The position numbers were made by a program, and so were the translations under genes. From Isurus oxyrinchus (Eukaryota), in contig JANJGN010000010.1 of NCBI GenBank assembly GCA_026770705.1, positions 90,830,001 through 90,894,000 on the forward strand: 64,000 nucleotides of DNA. The letters are read 5' to 3'. Of this stretch, positions 13,734 through 26,345 are shown piece after piece (the first letter of the stretch is position 1; every line of letters starts with the position of its first letter). The notes beneath the pieces were generated by a model. That model had not been told where the DNA came from, made no database searches, and was given only the letters and a program-made list of their open reading frames with translations.

Positions 13734-15480
13734 AGCTCCAATTATTTCATCCTTTATGCTCCACCCTATCATGTGGTTACTGTTAGGGAGCCTGTACACA
13801 ATTCCCACAAGTAACGTTTTGCCTTTACCATTTCTCATCTCTACTCAAACCATTTCCACATCCTGGTTTCCTGAACTTAGGTCATCCCTCTCTATTGTGC
13901 TAATACCATCATTAAATAACAGAGCCACCCCTCCATCTTTTCCCACCTCCTCGCATCTTGTTCTTCTTAAATATCTCATAACCTTCAATATTCATGTCCC
14001 AATCCATGTCCTCCTGCAGCTGTGTCTCTGTAATGGCTATCAAATCGTAATTTATTTATTTCCATGTGCGCTCTCAGTTTACCTGTTTTGTTTTGAATGC
14101 TACATGAATTCAGATACAGAACTTGTAGTTTTATCTTTTTATTCTTTTTATAACCTCTAGTTTCATCTGTTGATTTACTATTAGATATGTACTCTCTATC
14201 TCTTCCTGTCACTGTCTGTTTTTCATTTCCCCTATTAATACCTTTCTCTTTTGCCTTGTCTCTACTCTTTGATTTACCACATCTTCCCAAATTTGATCCC
14301 TTGCCCCCACTATTTAGTTTAAAACCCTCACTATTTTCCTAGTTATGCAGCTTGCAAGAACTCCTGTCCCAGCACGGTTTGGGTGTAGACCGTTCTACTT
14401 TCCCTAGTATTGGTGGCAAAGCCCCACAAACCAGAACCCACTTCTCCCACACCCGTCTTTCAGCCACACATTCATCTCCCTAATCGGATTTGTCCTATGC
14501 CAATTTGCATGTGTTCTAGGTAATAATCCAGAGATTATGACCTTTGAGGATCTGCTTCTAAATTTGGTGCCTAGCTCCTCATACTGACTATGGAGTAACT
14601 CCTTCTTTGCCCAGTCTATGTCATTGGTACCTACATAGACCGTGACGACTGGGTCTTCCCCCTCCCACTGCAAGGTCCTCTCCAGCCTTGAGCAGATGTC
14701 CTGAACCCTGGCAATGGGCAAGCAACACAGCCACCTGGACTCTCGCTCTTTGCTGCAGAAAATGGTGTTAATCCCTCTGACTATACTATTCCCTACTACC
14801 ACTAGATTCCTTGGAATTCCCCCTGCTTGAATGGCTTCCTGCACCACGGTGTCATGGCCAGTTAGTTCATCCACCTTTCCACTCCCACTCTCATCCAAAC
14901 AAGCCAAAAGAAACCTGAAACCTGTTGGACAATTGCAGAGGCTCACACTTCCACACTCCTGCCCTCTGCCTCACTCACAGTCACACCCTCCTGCCCCTGA
15001 CTACTGACCAACTCAGAAGACCCTTCCCTGAGAGGTGTGACTGCCTCCCGGTACAAAGAATCCAGGTAACTTTCCCCCTTCCTGATGTGTTGCAGTGTTT
15101 GTAGTTCAGCCTCCAGCTCATAAACTCTGAGCTGAAGCTGCTCAAACTTCAAACACTTACTGCAGATGTGTTTACCCTGGATCAAACTGGCAACCAGAAG
15201 CTATGACATATCACCTGTCAACATCCTTGATGTGCTCTAATTAACTATTTAATTATTTTATTCAATTATATATTTTACTTTTTTTTTATATTTTATTCAT
15301 CTTACCACCAGCTGCTGGACTATTTTGAACCTTAGAAATAGAATAAACCTCAGTCACTTACAGATAGTCACCAAATAATTAGCTTCTTCTCCTGTAGCAG
15401 AGTATGACCACTTCCTGAAGGCGGAGAAAGTTAGAAAGCAGAAAGCAAAAGAGCGCCTCTTTACTTTCCTTCCTTAACTC
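13734..15480 (-). mobile_element. CR1 LINE 5' part: ORF1 (Cys knuckle, coiled coil, SGNH-esterase-like) and start of ORF2 endonuclease
   Basis: CSKC..LQLRVYELEAELQTL (14943-15185), VVVGNSIVRG..CLP.ARVQD..VGTND (14404-14946), LQVLYLNSCSIQNK (13985-14290). Frameshifted. Confidence 0.88.
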
Positions 15481-15600
15481 CCTTAATTACCCAATTCCCA
15501 GCATTCTATTCTAAGTCACACTTCTTGCAGTAAACCTTACCTAAAGCTCCTCTTTCCCCTATGGACCGATTTCCTACTTTAACCAAATTCCCAAATATAC

Positions 15601-15746
15601 ACGGAGAGAACCCTTCTGTTGACAGGTCATTCAGACTCTAAACATTAACTGTGCACCTCCCCATGGATGCTGCCAGGCCTGCTGAGTTTTTCCAGGTATT
15701 TTTGTTTCTGTTTTGGATTTCCAGCATCTGCAGTTTTTTGCTTTTA
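15601..15746 (+). mobile_element. Mini-Penelope insertion with degenerate hammerhead
   Basis: 12-bp direct repeat tcccaaatatac at 15589-15600 and 15747-15758. Contains ctgttgacaggtcattcagactctaaacattaact plus the Penelope tail. Confidence 0.8.
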
Positions 15747-15879
15747 TCCCAAATATACTCACTCAGTTTCAGTCTCACTCCAGCTGACATCTCCACTCAC
15801 TGAATGACTCCTGGCATTTTACATCCTGTCCCTGCCGTGATGGGGCTGTAAAATTTCACCCTTACTCTCTGTCTCCCTC

Positions 15880-16170
15880 CTTTCTTGAATAAAGCTGTGC
15901 ACTTGTATTATTCCAATCCGCTGAGATCTTTCCAGAATCTAGGGAATTTTCGAATATTGCAACCAATGCATTCACCATCTCTGCAGCCACTTCTTTTAAT
16001 ACCCTAGGATGCAGGCCATCTGACCCGTGGGACTTGTCAGCCTTTAGTTCATGAATTACTTGTCCTAGAACTTTTTCTCTAGTGAAACTGATTTTTTTAA
16101 CTTCTTCCGTCCGTTTTGTTCCTTGATTATTTTACTATTATTGGGATGTTTTTAATGTCTTCTACTGCTT
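15880..16170 (-). mobile_element. CR1 ORF2 fragment
   Basis: Minus strand reads KADKSHGSDGLHPRVLKEVAAEMV, typical of the start of CR1 RT. Confidence 0.75.
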
Positions 16171-16344
16171 ATAAACTGATACTGCTTATAAACTGATTCA
16201 GTAGAAACATAGTTGAAGCTATCTCAATATCTCAGCCACAGTTGGAATATTTGTTTTGAAGTGTAGCAAAGTAGAGTTTGATGTTGCCATATGACTTAGC
16301 AAAGATAGATCTACAATTTGGATTTAAATTTGCTGATGTTTGTT

Positions 16345-17252
16345 AATGCCTGGACTTGGTTGTACGGGGCATAATTTCAAAATCTGTAGATGACACAAAA
16401 CTTGAAAGTATTGTGAACTCTGAGGGGAATAGTGATAAACTTCAAAATCACTTAGGCAGGCTAGTGGAATGGGCAGATAAGTGGCAGATGAAATTAATGT
16501 AGAGAAGTGTGAAGTGATTCAATTTGGTAGAAAGAATGAGGAAAGGCAATATAAAATAAAGGGCACAATTTTAAAGGGAGTGCAGGAGCAGAGAGACCTG
16601 GGGGATATATGTGCACAATCATTGAACATTGCAGGACAAATTGAAAAAGCAGTTAATGAAACATACAGGACCCTGAGCTTTATAAATAGGAGTATTGAGT
16701 ACAAAAACAAGGAAGTTATGATAAATCTGTATATACTCTGGTTTGGCCTCAACTGGAATGCCAATTATGGGCACCATACTTTAGGAAAAATATGAAGGCA
16801 TTATGCAGGGTGCAGGAATGATTCCAGGAATGAGGAACTTCAATTAAGTGGATAGATTAGAGAAACTGTGGCTGTTCTCCTTGAAGAAGAGAAGATTAAG
16901 AGAATGTCTGATAGAGGTGTTCCAAGATCATGAAGGGTTGACATTGAGTAGATAGGGAGAAACTGTTCCTGTTAGCAGAAGAGTCAAGAACCAGAGGACA
17001 CTGATTTAAGATGATTGGCAAAAGAAGAAATGGCAACCCGAGGAAAAACACTTTTATGCAGTGCATGGTTTGAATCTGGAATACACTGCCTGAGAGTGGT
17101 GGAGGCCATTTCAATCAAGGCCTTCAAAAGAAAATTGATTGTGGGAAGGAGTTGGGGAGTCAGACCAGGTGAGTTGCACTTCCAGAGAGCTAGCACGGAC
17201 ATGACGGGCCAAATAGCTTCCTTCTGTACTACAACCACTCAATGATTCTAGA
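16345..17252 (+). mobile_element. CR1 LINE, RT C-terminus and 3' UTR (decayed)
   Basis: SKSVDDTKL at ~16377-16403 (KFADDTKL motif). ORF 16481-16795 NVEKCEVIQFGRKN..EQRDLG. Confidence 0.88.
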
Positions 17253-17309
17253 AATTAACAATGGTAGTGAATCTCAGAGCACTTCATATCATTAGTTATT
17301 TATTTTTCA

Positions 17310-17670
17310 GTGGGTAATGATTGTTTCCATGAGGTCAAACGTGACAGTAATTCTGCACTAGCAACATCTCAGATCACAGTGAGCCAAATGACCAGTTAAT
17401 CTCCTTGTTTTTGATTAACATTGGAATGTTAGCCAAGGCAGGGTAGAATTACATATTCTTTGTTAAATAATACATAGAATCTTTAACTTTCACCCAAAGA
17501 AATAAATGCTCTCTTGATTTTATATCTCATCAAAAGGATATCATTCTTTCAGTTGTGCAAAGGAATGAGTCTGGACTGAATGCTCAAGTGCCTGTGTGGA
17601 TCTTGAGCCCATAGCATTAAGTTCTCAAAGCAAGAGAGCTGCCAAATGACCCAAATTGAACTAAGCCAAA
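17310..17670 (-). mobile_element. Decayed DeuSINE-like SINE
   Basis: Patchy similarity to 34432-34850 (atgaccagttaatct, tctcatc, tgctcaagt). Confidence 0.5.
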
Positions 17671-17891
17671 ACTCCACATATAACAATGATTTCCATGTGA
17701 GAAACAGATGCTTGATTTCACAAATCAACAGGACCTGGTACTGCAGCTGGATATCCACAGTTTACATTTAATCAAATCCAGAAGTCATTCCTGTGTCTCA
17801 TGATGACCTTTCATAGTCCTGAAGAACTTCCCAATGGTATGAAATAAATAATAAATTGTATTGTTGGTTTTTCATCATTTTTATTGTGCAG

Positions 17892-17991
17892 AGTCCAAAG
17901 ATTCCCGAAAATGGATTTTTAACAACAACATTTCAGCAGTGTGGTAAAAAACGCTCAGAAATTGACAGCCATAATCTACACCAATGATAAG
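17892..17991 (+). CDS. MUC6: Mucin exon B: SPKIPENGFLTTTFQQCGKKRSE / frameshift / LTAIIYTNDK
   Basis: gtgcAG acceptor, GTaaga donor. Length is 100 nt between phase-0 junctions. Read-through hits TGA at 17985-17987. Confidence 0.85.
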
Positions 17992-18725
17992 GTAAGAACT
18001 GAATCCACAAGGTGCAAGATGCCAATTGGGAGTCCTTCATAGTTCATGTATAAGTTTTAGGCTAGAGTAGCACCATGCAGTGAAGATGTTTGTTCTTCCA
18101 CTGAGGCCTCAGTTCCATGCACCACTGTAGGAAGGTGTCAAGTCATGAGCACCACCGACTAGCAGAGGAGAGAAAATCAAATGGCAAATGATCGCTGGGC
18201 CATTGCTGCACTTCTCACGGCAGGAAAATTGATAGAGACACAGGAAGAAGTCACCTGACATTGGATGTTAGTGGTCCAGTGGAATCCATATGGGATTGGG
18301 GTGGGAATGTGGAATTAGGAAGATTTCTGTACCCTGTCTAGAAAAAAAGTCATGCTGATTGTTTTATTGTGCTGCGATTGCAGGTCTTGACAGATTCAGC
18401 TCTCTCCCAAAGGTCCCGTATCCTTTTTTTACTTCAGATGGTTTCTATCCTCAGCAACTCCTATAAGAAAGTGTTCTTGCTCATTTTTTGCAGTGGATCA
18501 CCCAACTTTGCAATGGGAGTTAGATATCTACTAAGTATAGTTGTTTTCCCGATGGCACTTGCACTTATTACAGTAATATCTGCCAATCAGACATATTTAG
18601 ATAAACTGGCATATCCTTATCTCTCCTTTCCTCACTGTTCATTCACTTTTTAACAATATTTTAGTTGCTTCACATTAAACTCTAACTTAATGTTCATTGA
18701 TTATTTTGCCTTCATTTCTTTTCAG

Positions 18726-18798
18726 TTAAATATTGAAATTTCAAAACAGGACACGATAATAGTCAATGGTGAAGTCAAGAAGTTACCCTACAGAACAG
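18726..18798 (+). CDS. MUC6: Mucin exon C: LNIEISKQDTIIVNGEVKKLPYRT(G)
   Basis: tttcttttcAG acceptor and VWD motif VNGE...LPY. The expected phase-1 donor reads ATaaca instead of GTaaca. Confidence 0.85.
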
Positions 18799-18989
18799 AT
18801 AACATCAGAACTGACTACATTGGCCATTCTATCCTCACAGAATATAGACCCATTGTTATATCCAAAGGGCCAGTATGAATGGAAAAAAATACATCTATAT
18901 ATCATCTTTCACCTCTGCATGACATTCCATATTATTTTACAGCTAATAAGTTGCTTTAAAAGTATACTATTGTTTTGTAAGAAGATTTG

Positions 18990-19280
18990 ACAGCTAATTA
19001 GGCACAGAGCAGATCCCACACACAGCAATGAGAAAATTGAAAGTAAATCCATTCTTAGTGGATTTGATTGAGTGTTTTTTTTCCCCAGGACATGTTTCTG
19101 TGGTCATTGTCAAATAGTGGCACGAACTAGCAGACAGGGCCTTGTTTAGCATCTCATCCAAAACCCAGCAATATAGTATTTCCTCAGTACAGCAGTGAAG
19201 TATCAACCTAGATTATGTGCTGGTCGTCAAGTGGATTTTAACCCTTCTGCCAGAGGCAATGTTACCCCTGGATTAGACCA
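18990..19280 (-). mobile_element. Decayed DeuSINE-like SINE
   Basis: gatcccacacacagcaatg, gcagacagggcc, atctcatcc, cctcagtacagcagtgaagtatcaacctagattatgtgct; similar to 34432-34850. Confidence 0.6.
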
Positions 19281-19789
19281 TATACACTGCATGGATCACT
19301 TTAACTTGAGATATCTTTTCTTAGGTCTGGAATTGTTCCAGAAAAAATAATTCCTTTAATTGCAACATCATGATAGTTAGATGTGCACGTATAGTAACAT
19401 CATTGGGATTTGCTGTCAACCTCTTCATCAGAGCCACGCCTACCATAATGAAGAAATTTCAAGTCTTTCTCTGCAGATGTGTGCTGATGGGAACAAATTC
19501 GAGGCAACCTACCTATCTCTTCTTCTAGACACGTCAGTTTGGGGTATTTTCATTCAGAAATCCATAGATGCCAGTAAAGATGCTGGAGGCAAAAAAAAAA
19601 TCACACAAATACCCATGAAAGTTAAAGTGACAAAATATTCATCAAAATGGCCTCAAGCCAGCAAAAAAACAGCTTTAGTTAACACATCTCGACCTTAACA
19701 ACCCAGACACCAAATTTTTTGATTCAGAGTGAATCAGAGTGTTTACAATATCAGCAATTTGTAACTATATTGAACCTGAAGCTGAACCT

Positions 19790-20150
19790 TTGACTTCACA
19801 TACTTTCCATCAAACAATCCCCCATTTCCACCTCATTAATATTTCCTGCCACATCACATCTGATGGAACCTCTATCCATGAATTTGTCATCCCTAGATTT
19901 AACTACCTGACCACCAATCCTCCATCCTCTGTAAATTCATCCACAATTCTGCTATTCATTATCCTAATTCATAATAGGGCCAGGTAAACTATCATTCTTT
20001 TTCTCACCGTTCCACGTTGATTCTTGGTCTCCCAATACTTCCAATTTTAAAATTCTGATCCTCAGATTTACACCTTTTAATGGCCTCATGCTTCCCCACC
20101 TATAACTTCTGCAAACGCCATTGCACCCCACATACCCCCAAACTCTCCAT
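19790..20150 (+). mobile_element. Decayed L2-clade LINE RT C-terminal fragment
   Basis: TSIHEFVIPRFNY resembles the L2 motif TLIHAFVTSRLDY. A downstream FKILIL segment also fits. Confidence 0.55.
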
Positions 20151-20691
20151 TTTTCTGACCCTTTTTTTGAAATGCAAACATAGCATTGTGAAAAATGTTA
20201 CGAGTCCTAAAATCACATCACCATCCATGCAGAAATATAATTTATACTTAATATTAATATTAGTCTTCACATCCATGCTTTATTCAGTTATCTACTTAGT
20301 GGTGCAGAATATGAGATATGCTATGTGATTTGAATTATACTCATGAAAATTGCTGAGTTGCTCAGGCTTATAATTGATGGAGTTCAACCTACTTGGAAGT
20401 CATCAGTTGGATTGGTTGGGTAGGATTTCCCCACCCCATTGCACTGAGTGTCGGAACGTGTGAAAAATGTGTTTTTCCCGCCGACTGCAATGTTCGGTTT
20501 TCACAGCGTATTGACTGTTTCCCACCTCATTAATTATGCACACACAGGAAACACACCAGGGTGCTGGCAGGTGGCCTCTCATGCGCCCGCCCTACCATCA
20601 GCTCACAGGTTCCTCACTCCGGACGCCATATAAATGGCTCCTGTACAGCATTCTCAATCTCTCCAGCCCAGGACTGCTACAGATACCACAG

Positions 20692-22130
20692 ATGGACCCA
20701 AAAGGGAAGAAGACAGTAGCGCCCAAGTTCAGCGATGCCTCGCTCAAATGTCTGTTGGCAGCCCGCCGCCATCTCCACTTACCCCTGTGATGGCCTCAGG
20801 AGGTCCACCAACCTCACCAAGCCAGCTTGGAAGGTGGTGGCAGTGGCGATCAGTATTAACGTTGCCCACAAGAAGTCAGCCACCCAGTGTAGAAAGAGGA
20901 TGAATGACCTCATCCATGCCGCCAGGGTAAGTCAACCATCTCAACACTCAACCCACATACTGACAAACCCATCACTCAATCACAAAGCTCTCACTTACTG
21001 TCAGCTCAAGGAACATCACCACTCACTCTCACACGCACCTTCACATCTCCATCTGGCTTCATCTCCCCTGGAGCTTGCTACATCCTCATACCAATCATAA
21101 TTCCACTCACCACCCACACATGCCAGACATCTTATCATCTGCCTTGGCATGTGTCTTGCTCTCACTCTCTCCATGTTTCTTTATGAAGGACACGCACGCA
21201 ATAAATAAAAGGGAGAGGTCCCTGACTAGCGGTGGAGTGCAAGGTTCTCACTCCCTCTGAAAATCATGCCATTGAGCTGACCGAAGAGGATGTGGACTAT
21301 GCCTGCAGTGATGGTGAGGTCAGTAGCAAATGTGAGGATCCTGCACAGGCTTATCCCTCACTCAATGCTACTGTGAGTGCACTATCCTTTTTTTTATTTG
21401 GCTGCAATGCCCTAATTATCTCTACTTTCTTTCATAGGCACCTCTGCCAAGCACCTGAGGCCCCCACCAGACAGCTCTTATCTCCAACCCCGAGGCACTT
21501 TAGATGAGGAACCTGAGGACAGCACCTTTGAAGACCCGCCACATTGCTCACCCACACCCTGCACCAGCACACAGACACACACCTTGGTGGGATTTAGTTC
21601 TAGAGCAGCATCAGTGTCACAATCTGTCGAGCATAGCACACAATCTGTTCCACAACAGGTGAAGGCAGTGACATCCGAGGTCGCCAGTACTCGGAGGTCC
21701 ACTGGAGGCCATGATTCTGCTAATTCCAAGTCAGATTACGAACATCCGGACTTGGTCCTAAATCAGTTGGTGGAACTGCAGCAACAATCACAGGAACATC
21801 AGGGAGGGATGTCAGCTGCACTCCTCAGATTGCAATGCACAATGGAGGAGTCCATCCACTATGAGCCTGAGGTTATAGCACCGGCATGCCAGCGCACCGA
21901 AGTCAACGCTGGCAGGATGGCGGCCACCATAGAGACCTTGGTCCAATGTCCTGGACTGAATTCCATCGCTGTAGCCTTTGGTGGCATCCATCAGTGTCAA
22001 AGCAAGGGGGAGGCAGAGTGGGGCAGGTCACCTCGATCTCACTCCAGCTGTCCCTTATCCTAGAGTCAGGCAGGGACCCTTGGGCACCCATAGGAGGAGG
22101 ACCAACAGGTCGACACCCCAGGGCAATCCA
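20692..22130 (+). pseudogene. Harbinger Myb/SANT-like DNA-binding protein (spliced, frameshifted)
   Basis: MDPKGKKTVAPKFSDASLKCLL...TKPAWKVVAVAISIN..KKSATQCRKRMNDL, GTaagt donor at 20927, downstream low-complexity/coiled-coil exon. Confidence 0.8.
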
Positions 22131-22714
22131 CCTGGGAGACTCCAAGCTCCATTTCAAGCTGAGGATAAATGCAGCCTCGGATCCCTAACTGAGAGTGCCG
22201 GATGTCAGTGTGATTTGGAAGAATATACCAGAGATAACTGAGTCATCTGTAAATGAATTCGCAGTGGAACATCATTGGCTGCCTTGTCCCAAGTGTGAAT
22301 TATCTGATTCACCATTGATATTACACAGAATGTGTAGTTCATTGCTTCAGGTGGGTCTATTTGAGGAGCATTGTTACATTGAAGGTATACAACTACAAGA
22401 CCACTGAGGATTGACTGACAGCTCCTGGCTTTTGTAGGCTGCCGTTGCAACTGGGATGCTGGAGAGATGCTTGAAGAGGCAGCACCTTCTGACATCCGAT
22501 GCTGGGTTGCCTTCCTCCAGTTAGCACCTCAGCAAGGCCACATGCTGCCAAGGGTTCATCATCGTTCAAATTCTCAGGAAAATGTGAACCTGATGTGTAA
22601 CTATTCACTCTCGTGCATGGGTGAAATGAGAGGAGTTGCAATGCTGGTGCTCATGCTGGCCCATGCTGGAGGGCTGTCATCTAAGAGGTTGCTCACCGCA
22701 ACTCATCATGTTCC

Positions 22715-23950
22715 TGGTGGAACCTAATGGCTATCAGGGGCTTAAGTGCATATCCGCCTTGCCTGGCCCATGCTATGGCCTCTTGCTCTGCAGCTTCGTC
22801 CTCCTCAAATTCATCACCCTAATCTCCTTCGAGGTCTTCCTCATCGGAGGGCTCATGCAACTTCTCCATCTCATCATCGAGCAAGTCCTCCTGCCCTTTG
22901 CAGCCTCAGGCTGTGCACTGTGCAGCAAGTCCCAATGATCCAGAAGATTGTCTGGGGTGTGCACTGGCGTGCTCTACCAAATCTGCCCAGGCATTGGAAT
23001 TGCATCTTTAGGATCCCTATGGTGTGCTCCTCCAATGTTCATCGAATGCCCTGAGCCTCATTGTACCTTCTCTCTGCAGCAGACTGTGGCTGCTGCATGA
23101 GCATAATCGGCCACATCCTTTGTGGGTAACCTTTATCGCCGAGGACCCAGCACTGGATCCTGTGTGGTCCCTTGAAGAGGTCCAGGATCTGCGATATACA
23201 CACAATGTATGAATCTTGGACACTTCCTGGGTATCTGGCACAAAATTTTTTGTGGTTGCAGACCAGCTGTACATTGAGTGGGTGGGAGCCTTTCTGCTTT
23301 ATATATTGCAGTGCCTGTAGCCAGGAGGCTTTTATAGGCACAAGATTGCAGTCAATGGCACCGTGCACCTATGGGAATCCAGCAATCTCAGCAAAGCTCA
23401 GTGCTCGGTCATCATGACTTGCGTGATCTCTGTCAATGTTGATGTAATTGTGAGCCTTGGCAAAAAGGGCGCCTGTCACCTCATGTATGCATTTGTGTGT
23501 GGAGGTTTGAGAGATCCCACAGTGATCCCCAGTGGAGCCCTGGAAGGAGTCACCAGCGTAGACGTTGAGTGTGGCCATTACTTTCACAGCCACCGGCAAT
23601 GGATGCCCTCCCAGTTCCTGAGGTGCCAATTCCTGGGGAATTTGGCAAATGTGAGTCACCAGAACCCTGGATATGTGTAGCAGTCAGTGACACTGGTTCT
23701 TGTTCATCTGCAGATAAGACATGCAAGTTCTGTAGACCCTGGGTCTTACGAGCTGCCTACACATGACGCCTTTGAGACCCTCATCCCCTCCAAGCCCTAC
23801 TGGCTCTTGGTCTAGAGGGTCTTGCTCCAACTGTTGGTGATCCAGGTACCTTCCATCGCAACCTTCTCCTACTTCTCTCTGTAAGCGATAAGGTTGACAG
23901 TGATAAATCCAGCCTCCAGATTCCTGATGGTCTCCTCTCTACATTATCAA
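22715..23950 (-). pseudogene. Harbinger (HARBI1-like) DDE transposase, frameshifted
   Basis: PLPVAVKV..LNVYAGDSFQ..GD.CGISQ, GAIDC, YPGSVQDS, LGDKGYP, ERRYNEAQ and an acidic tail. Confidence 0.88.
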
Positions 23951-25181
23951 TGAGAAAGAGACAAGTGTGAGCATTTGTCTCCAAGGGTTCTCTTTGTGTC
24001 AATGGCTCATCAGTGAATGTGGGTTCAAGGGCTTTGTCCCTGTGTCGAGAGTACTCCACTCTGAAATAACCAATGCAGCATGCGTAGCAAAGTTCCCCTC
24101 CAGCCCACCACCACCCCCAAAACATTACAAACTGCTATGACATTGCTTTGGCCAGCCAGTTGGATGTACTGCTTTCAGCTCAGAGACCGGGAGCCTCATT
24201 CACTGCACTCTCAATACTACACCCTGTGTAGTAACTGTTCATTCCAGAAATGAGATTATTTGAGGGGGGCCTGATGCTTCTCTTCAGTGAACTATCCTGC
24301 ACCAACTTTCTATACAGGCTTCTGGAGCTTATCCATTTGCCCAATTGCTACGGAGTTCGTTATTACTCTGGGGAGTTACCACACTGCGAACAAGGGGTTA
24401 AAACAAGGAGATCAATTAGTGCCACTTTGTGGGATTCGTCTCAAATGAATGGGCATTAATGCTTCACTTTCCTGATTCCCTGCATTGTCAGTGAAAGGTT
24501 CCTAGCATGTCTCAGCTATGCCTCTCCCCCCATTTGGAAATGCACAGTCCAGTTGTGTGCCAATGTAATCAGCCCACCACCTCCTCCCCACCCTCCACCC
24601 AGTGCATGCATCAGCCCTCCATTCCACCCGCAGAGCCCACAGCAGAGCTTCTCCTCGTTTAAATTTGTACTGCACCTTCACTGCAGGTTGGAAGCTGATG
24701 GCGCAGAACTCTAACTTCCAGACCAGATTTGACCATCCCTGTGTGAGTATGGAAACCCCTCCCATTGTCCCTGAGGAACTTCATGTTCAGGTTTCTCTCC
24801 CTCATAGATGGCCCTCTGTGTTCCCTGATCTTGTTGTGCTTCTATTGCATGTAAGTTTGTTAGCCCCTGAACATTTTGAAGTGGATTTGCCTATGGCCCA
24901 TGTGGACCTCACCCATCTCCATTTTGAGGCCACTTACGCTGTTCAACATAAACCTCGCGCCTGCCCCACCCCTGCACACTCCTCCCCAGTCATGTGCCTG
25001 AGTGCAACCTTCCCCACTTGTAACCCTCGTAAGGCCTACCCCTGCAGCCCTTTCTCCTGTCTGACGCCACTTGCCCTCCTTCCCCAGTACAGGCCCCTTC
25101 CCATGCCTAAGGCCGGCTCCCCCCTTCCCCAGCGCAGCCCTAACCCTGCAGCCCATTAAAACCCACCCTACCATACTGCTG

Positions 25182-25286
25182 CAACAAAAACAGAAAATTC
25201 TGGAAAAACGCAGCAGATCTAACAGCATCTTTGGAGAGAGAATCAGAGTTAACATTTTGAGTCCTTGTGACCCTTCTTCAGTTTCC
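25182..25286 (-). mobile_element. Mini-Penelope insertion with hammerhead remnant, nested in the Harbinger
   Basis: Flanking repeat accatactgctg (25170-25181) / accttactgctg (25287-25298). Minus strand reads ctgaagaagggtcacaaggactcaaaatgttaact. Confidence 0.75.
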
Positions 25287-25821
25287 ACCTTACTGCTGGT
25301 CTGGTAGGTAGAGGTTTGCCTGTGACACCCAACTGAAAGCGATGTGGTGCTGCCTGCAAAGCCTGGAGCTGATTCCTGTGAGTGCTGTGCAAGGCAAGGT
25401 AGGCAAACTAACCTCGAAGTGATGAGTAGAGTGCAGGTCACTTATATTCTGTCGTAAAACATGTTGTTCAAATTGTACACCGATGTGGCCTTATGATCCA
25501 GCCTGGGGGGATATTTTCAGTGAACAGGCCTTAAAATGAGATGCAAAGGTGTTAAAATAACATTTCCAACGTGCTGCGGCCCACCATTGATGAGTGGAGC
25601 AGATCATCACAAATCAGTTTCATGACAACGTAAAACTGATTTTTGACCTTCTCGTGATATTTTCTGCTCCCACCCACCACGACACTCACTGCGAGCAGGT
25701 GTGGAAAATCCCGGCCTATGACTCATCAGTTCTTCCTCTTTCTCTCTCTCTGTCTCTCTCTCTCTCTATACCTCACCCTGCCATCCCAATCTCCTTTATA
25801 AATAGGCTGTTCAAATACAGA

Positions 25822-25996
25822 ATGAAAAGAGGAAATGCTGGAAATACTCAGCAGGCCTTGCAGCATCTGCGGAGAGAAAAATAGAGTTAATATTTCATTT
25901 TAAGGATCCTCTCTCTCCACAGGTACTGCCAGATCTGCTGAGGATTTTCAGCACATGGTTTTATTTTTGATTTACACTTCCACAGTATTTTGCTTT
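25822..25996. mobile_element. Miniature inverted pair of Penelope 3' tails
   Basis: aaatgctggaaatactcagcagg..gcagcatctgcggagaga then tctctccacaggtactgccagatctgctgaggattttcagca. Flanking repeat tgttcaaata(ca/tg)ga at 25808 and 25997. Confidence 0.78.
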
Positions 25997-26207
25997 TGTT
26001 CAAATATGGATCTGTTTTAATTTCTCATGCACAACCTGCAACAATAGTAGAAACTTTAAAAATGTTGCTCGATAAGTTCCCCACCCTTCCAGTTGAGAGA
26101 AGAGTGAAGGAACCACTGCCTTACCCATTGCTATTTCACAGCTTATCGTAGAGACTGGTCTCATCATTATGGCTATGACAATTAATTTGAATTATCCTGT
26201 CTTTTAG

Positions 26208-26345
26208 GGAACATTACAATTTACAGACAGTCCTCAACCTACATTCAGGTGAGCACTCTGTCTGGCCTCGAGATGCAGATCCAGGTTGGCCCAGTTTTTC
26301 AGGCGTATGTCAATATTGGAAATGATTTCTTTGGCACCAGTACTG
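26208..26345 (+). CDS. MUC6: Mucin exon D: (G)NITIYRQSSTYIQVSTLSGLEMQIQVGPVFQAYVNIGNDFFGTST(G)
   Basis: cttttAG acceptor, GTaaga donor, 138 nt, phase 1-1. Confidence 0.9.

Larger units (their letters stand above)
20418..25716. mobile_element. Decayed autonomous-type PIF/Harbinger DNA transposon (convergent Myb/SANT gene and DDE transposase)
   Basis: Degenerate TIRs gggtaggatttccccaccccattgcactgagtgtcg / cgacactcactgcgagcaggtgtggaaaatcccggcc enclose both gene remnants. Confidence 0.8.

Noticed and set aside
16163-16196. 17-bp tandem duplication tactgcttataaactga
   Set aside because: Ordinary local duplication at a LINE fragment edge with no further structure.
17892-26345. Simple compensation of the exon B frameshift by skipping exon C
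   Set aside because: The phases would match, but TGA at 17985-17987 lies within exon B in the shifted frame.
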